Shown: positions 1 through 10,208 of the stretch, piece after piece | Layout: the number at the start of each line of letters is the position of its first letter | How positions within the stretch are numbered: the stretch's first letter is position 1 | Origin: an uncultured bacterium | GTDB lineage: Bacteria; Krumholzibacteriota; Krumholzibacteriia; LZORAL124-64-63 | Length of the DNA stretch: 64,000 bases | Direction: 5' to 3' | Assembly: GCA_963727525.1 (NCBI GenBank) | Contig: CAVSGO010000007.1 | Coordinates: 736,001 to 800,000 of the forward strand | The notes under the pieces: model-generated | The model's database searches: none | The model's input: the letters and a program-made list of their open reading frames with translations, nothing else | Told to the model about the DNA's origin: nothing | Program-made: the position numbers and the translations under genes

Positions 1-1703
<1,703 letters not shown>

Positions 1704-1775
1704 TCTCGAGGTGAGAAGTAGATCCTGTTCTCGACGAGCTGCCCTCTATATTTGGATGTCAAGAGCATCTTGACT

Positions 1776-1892
1776 TTCGGCGGTCATAGCGCGGTGGAAC
1801 CACCTGTTCCCATTCCGAACACAGTAGTGAAACGCCGTTGCGCCGATGGTACTGCAGAGTAGCCTCTGTGGGAGAGTAGGTCGCCGCCGGTC
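1776..1892 (+). rRNA. rrf: 5S rRNA
   Basis: CGGCGGTCATAGCG...CACCTGTTCCCATTCCGAACACAG...GCGCCGATGGTACTG...GGGAGAGTAGGTCGCCGCCG. Ends pair; lies ~70 nt after 23S. Confidence 0.97.
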
Positions 1893-1896
1893 TTCG

Positions 1897-1928
1897 AAGG
1901 GCCCCCAGCCAAGCTGGGGGCCTTTTTT
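1897..1928 (+). terminator. Rho-independent terminator of the rRNA operon
   Basis: GGCCCCCAGC-CAA-GCTGGGGGCC stem followed by TTTTTT directly after 5S. Confidence 0.9.
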
Positions 1929-2025
1929 GCGTTGGTCGCAGGGCCACCGGACCTTAATGGCGCTTGGTAAGGTTCTGATCGCGTCGTATCTTTGGCGGCG
2001 TTCGCGCCTGGTCACCGGAACGAGG

Positions 2026-4335
2026 ATGGTCGAGTTGGACGGAGCCGTACTGCAGAAATTGGTGTCCGAGCTAGAGACGGCCCGCGAGCGCGCGGGACGG
2101 CACGATCGCTGGCGGTTGAACGAGCCCGAGGTCTACGCCCTGCTCGATATGGTCGGACTCGCCCACGGGCCGGCGCTCTGGTTGCCGCCGAATGCGGACG
2201 CCGCGGAGTGCGCGTCTTGGGCGGAAGGCGCGGTGGCCATGGCCGGCCGTGACGGCCGCTTGCTCGTGAAGGTCGTCGGCCGTGAGATCCTGCACAAGTC
2301 GGACGCAGGTGGCGTGACGATCGTACGGCTGGCCGATGCCGCGGACCCGGCCGCTGCGGTACGCGGCGTCGCCGAGGACGTGCTGGCCGCCGTGGCGGCC
2401 GCGGGCCATGGTGCTGATTGCGAGGGGGTGCTCGCCTGTGGTTTTGTGCCGCACGGCGCCAACACCCCGGGGCAGGAGTTGCTGCTCAGCTTGCGCCAGG
2501 ATCCCGCGTTCGGGCCGGTCGTCGTTGTGGGCGTGGGTGGAACGCTCACGGAATGGTACGGACGCGGGACCGGCGGCCGTAGCACCGTGGTATTTCCCGC
2601 AAGGGCGCTCGACCGCCGCGTGGTGGCGGAGACGATCGAGGCTCATCCGCTCCTCGCGTTGGTCTGCCGGCCGTCACGTCTCTACGCCACACCGCCGGTC
2701 GCCACCGCGGACCTCGTCGCGGCCGTCGTGGCCGTGGCCGGGCTGGGCGCCGCGCTGGCGGCCGACGCGGGTGCGGACGTGACGCTCGAGGAACTCGAGA
2801 TCAACCCCCTGGTGGCGAGCGGAGGGACACTCGTGGCCCTCGACGGGGTGGGCCTGGCCGCCCGACCGCCGGTGTTGCCGGTCGCCCGGCCACTGGGCAA
2901 GATCGGCCCTCTGCTCGCGCCGCGCAGCGCGGTCGTCATGGGAGTGAGCGCACGCGGGAGCAATCCGGGGCGGATCATCCTCGACAACCTGCGCCGCAGT
3001 GCCGGTCCGGTGCGCGAGCGCCTGTGGGTGGTGCATCCCAAGGAGACGGAGATCGACGGCGTGCCCTGCGTGCCCAGCTGCGCCGCACTGCCGCAGAAGT
3101 GCGACCTCGCCGTCGTTGCGATTCCGGCCGATGGCGCGCGCGATGCGATCTCGGAACTGGTGAAGACCGATCGCGCAGAGTCCATCATTCTCATCCCCGG
3201 CGGCTTTGCCGAGGCCGGACATGCCGACCTCGCGGCGGAGATCGAGCAGGTACTCGCCGACGCGCATGCGGCGCGCGGCGGCGGGCCGGTCTTGGTCGGC
3301 GGCAACTGCCTGGGTATCGTGAGCCGCGATCAATACAACACCTTCTTCCTGCCGCTGTCCAAGCTACCGTTCCAGCCGGGGCGCGGCGAGAATCTCGCCA
3401 TAGTGAGCCAGTCGGGGGCGTACCTGGTGACGTTCGCGAGCAACTACGATGGTCTCGTGTATCCGCGCGCGAGCATCAGCTACGGCAACCAGATGGATCT
3501 CACTGTCAGCGATTTCCTGTGGCACTTCGTCGACGTGCCGGAGGTGACGGTCGTGGCGTGCTACATCGAAGGCTTCCGGCCCGGTGATGGCGCTCGTTTC
3601 CTGGCTGCGATCCGGGCGGCGCGCGCGCGCGGCAAGCAGGTCGTGGTGTTCAAGGCGGGCAAGACGGCGCTGGGGGCGAAGGCGGCGGCGAGCCACACCG
3701 CGTCGCTGGCCGGCGACTATGCCGTGGCTCGGGCCTGCCTGCACGCTGCCGGTGCAACCGTGGCCGAGTCGCTGGACGAGTTCGAGGACTTCATCAAGAT
3801 CTTCACCTTGCTGGCCGGGCGTCCCGTGCGGGGGCGGCGCGTGGGCGTGCTCAGCAACGCCGGCTTCGAGTGCTCCACCGTGACGGATGCCCTCGGCGAA
3901 CTCGAGCTGGCGACCTTCGACCCCGCCACCCGCGCGCGGCTCGACGCGTGCCTGCCGCCGTTCGCCCACCGGGACAACCCCGTGGATGCGACGCCCATGA
4001 CGGCCACGCCAGCCTACGCCGCGGCGACGGCGGCCATCCTCGACTGTCCCGATGTCGACGTGGCCATCCTGTCGGCGGTCCCCGCGACCCCGGCTCTGGA
4101 TACCCTGGCCGCCGGGCCCGGTCACGACGAGGATGTGGAGGGGGACGCTTCCCTGGCCACCGCCTGGATCCGGGCCTTCGACGCCAGCGAGAAGCCGGCG
4201 GTGTGCGTAGTCGATTCGGGGAGGATCTACGATCCCCTGTGCCGGCGGCTCGAGAGCGCAGGCGTGCCGGTGTTCCGCAAGATCGACCGCGCAGCGCGGG
4301 CCCTCGCCGCGGTGTGCGCGGCTACCGATCGTTGA
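2026..4335 (+). CDS. ADP-forming acyl-CoA synthetase (acetate--CoA ligase family), ATP-grasp domain N-terminal to the CoA-binding/ligase domains
   Basis: HKSDAGGV, QDPAFGPVVVVGVGG and ELEINPL (beta/ATP-grasp), then GGNCLG, SQSGA, GNQMDL, SHTASLAG and NPVDAT (alpha). Start at ATG 2026 because the longer ORF runs into the 5S gene. Confidence 0.88.
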   Translation: MVELDGAVLQKLVSELETARERAGRHDRWRLNEPEVYALLDMVGLAHGPALWLPPNADAAECASWAEGAVAMAGRDGRLLVKVVGREILHKSDAGGVTIVRLADAADPAAAVRGVAEDVLAAVAAAGHGADCEGVLACGFVPHGANTPGQELLLSLRQDPAFGPVVVVGVGGTLTEWYGRGTGGRSTVVFPARALDRRVVAETIEAHPLLALVCRPSRLYATPPVATADLVAAVVAVAGLGAALAADAGADVTLEELEINPLVASGGTLVALDGVGLAARPPVLPVARPLGKIGPLLAPRSAVVMGVSARGSNPGRIILDNLRRSAGPVRERLWVVHPKETEIDGVPCVPSCAALPQKCDLAVVAIPADGARDAISELVKTDRAESIILIPGGFAEAGHADLAAEIEQVLADAHAARGGGPVLVGGNCLGIVSRDQYNTFFLPLSKLPFQPGRGENLAIVSQSGAYLVTFASNYDGLVYPRASISYGNQMDLTVSDFLWHFVDVPEVTVVACYIEGFRPGDGARFLAAIRAARARGKQVVVFKAGKTALGAKAAASHTASLAGDYAVARACLHAAGATVAESLDEFEDFIKIFTLLAGRPVRGRRVGVLSNAGFECSTVTDALGELELATFDPATRARLDACLPPFAHRDNPVDATPMTATPAYAAATAAILDCPDVDVAILSAVPATPALDTLAAGPGHDEDVEGDASLATAWIRAFDASEKPAVCVVDSGRIYDPLCRRLESAGVPVFRKIDRAARALAAVCAATDR

Positions 4336-4339
4336 AGCA

Positions 4340-4368
4340 TTGGCGCGGCGTGCCGTTTGGCCTACGAT
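4340..4368 (+). promoter_or_regulatory. Putative sigma70 promoter for sppA
   Basis: TTGGCG-17 nt-TACGAT. Confidence 0.4.
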
Positions 4369-4383
4369 GCCCGTGAGGTGAAC

Positions 4384-6120
4384 ATGAAGAAATTCTGGAT
4401 CGTCTTCGTCATCCTGGTCGTGGTCGTGGGCGGTGTGATGGGGTTCGTCTGGCGGGCGCTGTCCGGCCTGGAACGCCATGCCCCGGTGGCCGGGGGCGTG
4501 CTGGTGTGGCGGGCCGAGGGTGAACTGGCCGAGGAACCGCCAGCCACGCTGCTGGGCCGGTTGCGCGGCGGAAGTCGCCCCACGCTCGCGAACACAGTAC
4601 TCGCGCTGCGCCGGGCCGCCCGGGACGCGCGCATCGAGGCTCTCGTCATCGACCTGCGCGGCCTCGATGCCGGCTGGGCTCAGCTCGCCGATCTGCGCAG
4701 CGCAGTGGGCGAGTTCCGGCGGGCGGGGAAGCCTGTGTGGGCGTGCATCGAGGCTGCCGATAGTGGCGACTATGCCCTGGCGACGGCTGCCGACCGGGTG
4801 GCCCTGGCGCCAGAAGGGAGCCTCGCGGTCCTGGGGGTCGCCGCCGAGCTGGTGTTCATGAAGGATACGCTGGCCAAGGTGGGGATCGCGGCCGACTTCG
4901 TGCACGTGGGCAAGTACAAGAGCGCTCCCGAGCAGTACACACGCACCGATGCGTCGCCGGCGAACCGAGAGATGATCACGTCGATCGTGGACGATCGATA
5001 CGAGGGACTCGTGGCCATGGTCGCGGCCGGGCGCGATGCTGACCCGCAGACCGTGCGCGGCTGGATCGACCAGGGCCTCTTCGACGGCCCCACGGCACTG
5101 GCGGACGGCCTCGTGGACACCCTGGCGACCGTGGATGACATCGTCGACGGCGTCTTCGCCGACACCGACGTCACCGAGTTCGACGATTACGTCGAGTCGG
5201 GTCCGCGCGGCGACCGCAAGGGACCCGAGGTGGCGCTGATCTTCGCGGCGGGCACGATCATGCCGGGCAAATCACGCGATGATTCGTGGCGGGATGCCAC
5301 GCTCGGCGCCGACACCCTCATCGACCAGCTCCGCGATGCCGACGATGACGACGGCATCGCCGCCGTCCTGCTGCGTGTCGACAGCCCCGGCGGGAGCGTA
5401 CTCGCGAGCGATCAGATCTGGCAGGAGGTCATGCGCGTCCGGGAGGACAAGCCCGTCATCGTGAGCATGGGTAACTACGCGGCGAGCGGGGGCTACTACA
5501 TCGTCTGCGGCGCCGATTCGATCTTCGCGGAGCCCGAGACGCTGACCGGGTCGATCGGCGTGTTCGCCGGCAAGCTCGACTGGTCGGGCCTCTACGAGAA
5601 GCTCGCGCTCAATCGCGAGTCGATCACCCGCGGCGAAAACGCCCTCCTCTTCAGCGACGGGACCGGATTCAGCGGGGGACAGCGGGCCCTGTTCCAGAGC
5701 CAGCTCGACCGGTTCTATGAGCGCTTTCTCGCCAAGGTGGCGGACGGACGCGGCATGAGCCGCGACGCCGTCGATGCCGTGGCTCAGGGCCGCGTCTGGA
5801 CGGGGCGGCAGGCCCTCGACAACGGGCTGGTGGACGATCTCGGGGGGCTGGCGCGGGCCTTGCAATCGGTGAAGCTCCGCCTCGGCCTTGAACCCGCGGC
5901 CCCGATCCGCGTGATCACGTACGAGAAGGAGCTGTCCTGGCTCGAGCGCTTGCTGATCGACAACTTCGACCAGGCCAGCGTGCAGGCGGCGACGACACCC
6001 TGGCCAGGGGTGCCGGAAGCGGCGGCGCGCGAGTTGCGGCGGGCCGGTTTCTTCGCCGCTCTCCCCCTTCTCGACGGTCGGGCGCTGGCCCTGATGCCTT
6101 ACCGCATCGCGTTCGACTGA
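4384..6120 (+). CDS. sppA: Signal peptide peptidase SppA (67K type, tandem S49 domains)
   Basis: N-terminal TM; GKYKSAPE (Lys), RVDSPGGS, SMGNYAASGGYY (Ser), TGSIGV, QGRVWTGRQA. Confidence 0.93.
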   Translation: MKKFWIVFVILVVVVGGVMGFVWRALSGLERHAPVAGGVLVWRAEGELAEEPPATLLGRLRGGSRPTLANTVLALRRAARDARIEALVIDLRGLDAGWAQLADLRSAVGEFRRAGKPVWACIEAADSGDYALATAADRVALAPEGSLAVLGVAAELVFMKDTLAKVGIAADFVHVGKYKSAPEQYTRTDASPANREMITSIVDDRYEGLVAMVAAGRDADPQTVRGWIDQGLFDGPTALADGLVDTLATVDDIVDGVFADTDVTEFDDYVESGPRGDRKGPEVALIFAAGTIMPGKSRDDSWRDATLGADTLIDQLRDADDDDGIAAVLLRVDSPGGSVLASDQIWQEVMRVREDKPVIVSMGNYAASGGYYIVCGADSIFAEPETLTGSIGVFAGKLDWSGLYEKLALNRESITRGENALLFSDGTGFSGGQRALFQSQLDRFYERFLAKVADGRGMSRDAVDAVAQGRVWTGRQALDNGLVDDLGGLARALQSVKLRLGLEPAAPIRVITYEKELSWLERLLIDNFDQASVQAATTPWPGVPEAAARELRRAGFFAALPLLDGRALALMPYRIAFD

Positions 6121-6186
6121 GTGGCGAGGCGCGGAAACGTGCCTAATGTGCGTGGCGGTTTGCGTTAACCAAGGATACCGAGGTCC

Positions 6187-7779
6187 ATGGATCCCTTTCT
6201 GCAAGATGACGCGCCCAGTACCGCGAAGTTCGATCCCGTGCTGCTGCTGCGGAAGTTCTGGCGGCGGCGCTGGCTATTCTTCGTGCCCTTCGTGCTGTGT
6301 CTGGCCATGGCGACCATTGCGATCAAGGTGATGACGCCTATCTACGAGGCCGCAGGCCAGGTCAGGGTGGTGCGGGAGTCGCTGAACAGCCGCCTCATCG
6401 ATGACACCACCGGCCGCTACCGGCGCGCGCGGGACATGGACGACGAGACCCTGTCGAGCATCTGGACCATCGTGACCGCGCCGAAGTTCCTCGAGATGGT
6501 GGCGCGTGATGCGGAGCTTGTCCCTTCCGCGGTGCTGACGGATTCGGCGGCCGTCGCCAGCGACGAGGCCGCGGGCCAGAACGATCCCGTGATCGCCGCG
6601 GCCAACCGCCTCAAGCGCCAGGTGCGCGTGCGGCCTGACGGTGTGCACATCTTCGAGGTCGCCGTTCGCAACGAGGATCCGCAGGAGGCGCTCGCGCTCG
6701 CCCGCATCGTCCTCGACAAGTTCCTCGAGGAGGAACGGGCCAACCGCATGGCCCCGCGGACGACCACGCGCGACTTCCTGGACCGTCAGCGCCAGGCGGC
6801 TCTGCAGGATCTCAACCAGGCCGAGGACGCGGTCAATCAGTACCAGAGCACGATCCTCAACCAGTCCCTGGCGGGCAACCCCGTCAACGCCGCCAACCTC
6901 AGCACCGCCGAGACGAATCTACGCCAGCTTCAGGAGCGCCTCGCCGGCACCGACATGCAGGAGCTGCGGGTCGAGGAGAGCCATGCGCGTACCGTGGTGT
7001 CGCCCTTGCCCGACCTGGCGTCGTTCATGTCCGACGCCGAGGTCGCGACGGTGATCGATCAGATCCGCGATCTCGTCACGAACCAGCTCCTGGGGACGAC
7101 GGGGGTGAGCGATCGAGACAACGAGATCGGCCTGGCGAAGCTGCGCCTGAACAACCTCCTTGATCAGATGATCGGCACCAAGCTGCCTCAGCTCGGCGTG
7201 ATGGACCGCAGCCGCCTCACCACCTACCTCACCCATGCGGTCTATCGCCGGGCGCAGCAGAAGGCCATCGACACCCTCTCGCGTTACGTGCGCGACTATC
7301 ACAACTTCACGACCCGGCAGCCCGGCCAGTCGGCCCGCCTGAGCGAACTGCAGGACGAGGTCCAGCGGCGCCGCGACATGCTCAGCTCGATCGAACGCGA
7401 CCTCGCGCAGCAGACGATGAATCTCGAGGCCAGCATGTCGGAGATCGGGTACCGGATCGAGGTGCGGCGGGATCCCATGCTACCCACCTACCCCGTGGAA
7501 CCGGACAAGCTGAAGCTCTACGTCATGGGCTTCGGCCTGTCGTTCGCCATCGGCATCGGACTCGTCGTGCTCTCGATCATGCTCGATCGCAGTTTCACTT
7601 CGGTGGACGATATCGAGCGGACGCTCGGCATCGAGGTCATCGGGACGCTGCCCGTGATCCAGGACGATCACTTCCAGAAGCAGCGACGGCGGCGCATCCT
7701 GCGGTGGACGATCCTGGTGGTGCTCATCCTGGCGGTGGCGTCCGTCGTGCTCTTCTATCTGTATCCACGGCTGAGCTAG
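6187..7779 (+). CDS. Polysaccharide chain-length determinant (Wzz/GumC-like, PCP-2 membrane component)
   Basis: N-terminal WRRRWLF plus TM, long coiled-coil periplasmic region, P-rich motif then TM, LDRSF..VDDIERTLGIEVIGTLP, extra C-terminal TM. Confidence 0.82.
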   Translation: MDPFLQDDAPSTAKFDPVLLLRKFWRRRWLFFVPFVLCLAMATIAIKVMTPIYEAAGQVRVVRESLNSRLIDDTTGRYRRARDMDDETLSSIWTIVTAPKFLEMVARDAELVPSAVLTDSAAVASDEAAGQNDPVIAAANRLKRQVRVRPDGVHIFEVAVRNEDPQEALALARIVLDKFLEEERANRMAPRTTTRDFLDRQRQAALQDLNQAEDAVNQYQSTILNQSLAGNPVNAANLSTAETNLRQLQERLAGTDMQELRVEESHARTVVSPLPDLASFMSDAEVATVIDQIRDLVTNQLLGTTGVSDRDNEIGLAKLRLNNLLDQMIGTKLPQLGVMDRSRLTTYLTHAVYRRAQQKAIDTLSRYVRDYHNFTTRQPGQSARLSELQDEVQRRRDMLSSIERDLAQQTMNLEASMSEIGYRIEVRRDPMLPTYPVEPDKLKLYVMGFGLSFAIGIGLVVLSIMLDRSFTSVDDIERTLGIEVIGTLPVIQDDHFQKQRRRRILRWTILVVLILAVASVVLFYLYPRLS

Positions 7780-7788
7780 GGAGTTCTC

Positions 7789-8481
7789 ATGGCTGCCTCG
7801 AGCCCGTCGCGCAAGCTTTTCGACATCGAGTCGCCGATGGCCATCGAGCTGCGGCGCATCATGATCCGCCTCGGGCGTCAGCTCGACTTCGACCGCAAGC
7901 GGTCGATCATGGTCACCAGCAGTGAACGGGGGGAGGGCAAGAGCCTCTTCTCGCTGCACTTCGCGCTCGTACTGGCGTACCATCTGCAGAAGCGCATCGT
8001 GCTCGTCGATGGCGACGTACGCCGTCCGGTGCAGCACACGGTCTTCCAGGTGCCGCTGTCGCCCGGCTTCGCCGAGGTTCTGGCCGGCGACATCCCGACC
8101 GACGAGGCCCTACGCCCGACTCGCGTGGACAACCTCAGCTTCATGGCCGCCGGCCTCGGCGGCGGCAACCCGAGCCGGCTATTCAGCGGTCACCGTGTCC
8201 GTACGCTCGTCCAGGAGCTGCACAAGACATACGACATGGTGCTCATCGACTCGCCGCCCGTCGTTCCCGTGAGCGATCCGCTACACTTCCTTGAGGCCGT
8301 GGACGGCGCGCTCTATCTGGTCATGGCGGGCATGACGAGACGCGAGGTGGCCGAGCGTGGCGTCGAGGTCCTGCGCAGTGCGGGGGGCACGATCCTGGGG
8401 CTCGTGGCGAACAACCTGTCAGAGGTCCTACCCTACTACTACGATCGCAAGTACTACGGCTACGAGATGAAGCATCGCTGA
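7789..8481 (+). CDS. CpsD/CapB-family bacterial tyrosine (BY) kinase
   Basis: Walker A SSERGEGKS, A' VLVDGDVRRP, B VLIDSPP, C-terminal Tyr cluster YYYDRKYYGY. Confidence 0.9.
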   Translation: MAASSPSRKLFDIESPMAIELRRIMIRLGRQLDFDRKRSIMVTSSERGEGKSLFSLHFALVLAYHLQKRIVLVDGDVRRPVQHTVFQVPLSPGFAEVLAGDIPTDEALRPTRVDNLSFMAAGLGGGNPSRLFSGHRVRTLVQELHKTYDMVLIDSPPVVPVSDPLHFLEAVDGALYLVMAGMTRREVAERGVEVLRSAGGTILGLVANNLSEVLPYYYDRKYYGYEMKHR

Positions 8482-8503
8482 GGAGAGCGGGTGCCCGCTC
8501 TCC
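8482..8503. terminator. GC hairpin between convergent genes (possible bidirectional terminator, no U-tract)
   Basis: GGAGAGCGG-GTGC-CCGCTCTCC perfect inverted repeat immediately after the kinase stop. Confidence 0.55.
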
Positions 8504-8530
8504 CCGATCCGGCGATTCGAGTCGCATCGT

Positions 8531-10114
8531 CTAGTCGGCCGTCGTCTTGAAGTCGCGGCCCACCCAGCCCTTCGCCAGCAGCAGCAACACGGTCGACATC
8601 ATCGCGATGCACGCGAAGATGAGCCACATGTGCTCGGGATGGCGGATGCCCTCGGCCGGGCAATACTTCTGCAGCATCACACCGGTGAAGAGCGGCACCA
8701 CGACCTTGGTGAGGAACCACGGGAACTGTGCCACTCCCATGTACGCGCCCGTGCGACCCTCCGGCGCGATCTCGGCGGCGTACTGCAGGAACCGCGGTTG
8801 CCACATGGCCTCGCCTATCGTCATGATCAGCAGGAAGCCCAGCAGGGCCGGCAGCGACGTGGAGAAGGCGAGCAGGAAGGCGGGGGCGGCCATCACGAAG
8901 GTGCCGGCCACCATCATGTTGTAGACCTTCCGCTTCTGCGTCAACGCCGTGATGATGGGGACGGCGATGAAGATCAGGATAGGGTTGAGGTTGGAGAAGA
9001 TCTCGAACTGGGAGCTGACCACCGTGCCCTCGAAGGCGCGCTCGAGATACTGCGGCAGGATCAGCCAGTTGTAGGTGAACAGCGTCTGCACCGGGATCAA
9101 CGCGAAGATGAAGAAGAAGAACTTCGCATTGGCCAGGGGATGGTTCGCCAGCCAGATGCGCGCGGCGCGGCCCCAGGGGCGCACGGCGAGCAGCGTGCCG
9201 AGTCCCAGGACGAGCACGGCCCAGCCCACGAGTTCGGCGGTCTGCGGCAACAAGGAGATGCAGGCGGCGATGATGGCGAGCGTCACCCACATGTGGATGG
9301 GAATGCGCCGGGAGACGTCGATGCCGTCGGCACGGAGAACTTTTCCCTTCGCCTCGGTTCCCGCCGCGTCCGACAACGCGCTCGCCTTGGCCTTCTTCAT
9401 GGCCTCCCGCTCCCGCTCGCCCCGGGCGACCGCTTCTTTCTCGACGCGGGGCGTGAGAATGATGAAGGTGGCCAGCAGTGCGATTGCAGTGAGAGAGGTG
9501 TAGATCCAGTAGGCGCCCGTGATACCGATACGGTGCCGGATGGGCCCGAAGAACGACGGCAACCAGCCGCCCAGATTCATGAGGGCGTAGAGCATGGCGT
9601 ACGCCATCCCGGCCGTCTTCTCGTTCGTGAACTGCCGTACGCCGGCGTACGCCGCCGGCTGATACATGCCGTAGCCGATCACGACGACGACGATGCCGGC
9701 CATGGTCATCAGGTGCAGCGGCGATCCCAGCCCCGCCGGCGTGAAGAGCGTGGGTGCGAGAGCGATGACGAGGCGTCCAGCCAATAGGAACACGAAGGCC
9801 GTCAACAGGGTACGGCGGATCCCGCGCTTGTCCGCCACCGAACCGAGAAAGAACATCGAGATCGTGATGCCGGCGGTCAGCACCAGCACCATCCGGTGGG
9901 ACCAGATGTCGGGATTTTCGACACCCTGGAACACAAAATCGGAGAAGTAGATCGCGAGATAGCCGAGCATGCCGAAGTAGACCCAGCCCTCGAGGAAGTA
10001 GGCCAGATTGATGCCCCACAGCGCCCGCGGCGCGTGCAGGAGGTCCTTGAACGGCTGGGTGATCTCCTGCAGGGGGCTCTTCGGCTCGGCGCCGGGAGCG
10101 ACGGGTGCGGACAT
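8531..10114 (-). CDS. MFS transporter (peptide/POT-like)
   Basis: Many TM segments; MFS motif A-like GSVADKRGIRR; EIAPEGRTGAYMG. Start MSAPVAPG at 10114. Confidence 0.8.
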   Translation of the reverse strand: MSAPVAPGAEPKSPLQEITQPFKDLLHAPRALWGINLAYFLEGWVYFGMLGYLAIYFSDFVFQGVENPDIWSHRMVLVLTAGITISMFFLGSVADKRGIRRTLLTAFVFLLAGRLVIALAPTLFTPAGLGSPLHLMTMAGIVVVVIGYGMYQPAAYAGVRQFTNEKTAGMAYAMLYALMNLGGWLPSFFGPIRHRIGITGAYWIYTSLTAIALLATFIILTPRVEKEAVARGEREREAMKKAKASALSDAAGTEAKGKVLRADGIDVSRRIPIHMWVTLAIIAACISLLPQTAELVGWAVLVLGLGTLLAVRPWGRAARIWLANHPLANAKFFFFIFALIPVQTLFTYNWLILPQYLERAFEGTVVSSQFEIFSNLNPILIFIAVPIITALTQKRKVYNMMVAGTFVMAAPAFLLAFSTSLPALLGFLLIMTIGEAMWQPRFLQYAAEIAPEGRTGAYMGVAQFPWFLTKVVVPLFTGVMLQKYCPAEGIRHPEHMWLIFACIAMMSTVLLLLAKGWVGRDFKTTAD

Positions 10115-10208
10115 ACGAAACCTTCCGTAGTGCTTGGCTTGAGACACGCACAAGAGCGGGAAAGTTAATACCTTGAATCCGGCGAGGTCAAGATTCAGCC
10201 CGACAGGT

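Noticed and set aside
1758-1774. GTCAAGA-GCA-TCTTGAC hairpin just before 5S, resembling the CAAG/CTTG dyad at the divergent promoters
   Set aside because: More simply an rRNA spacer processing stem; lacks the GGGGCGTG flank of the shared motif.
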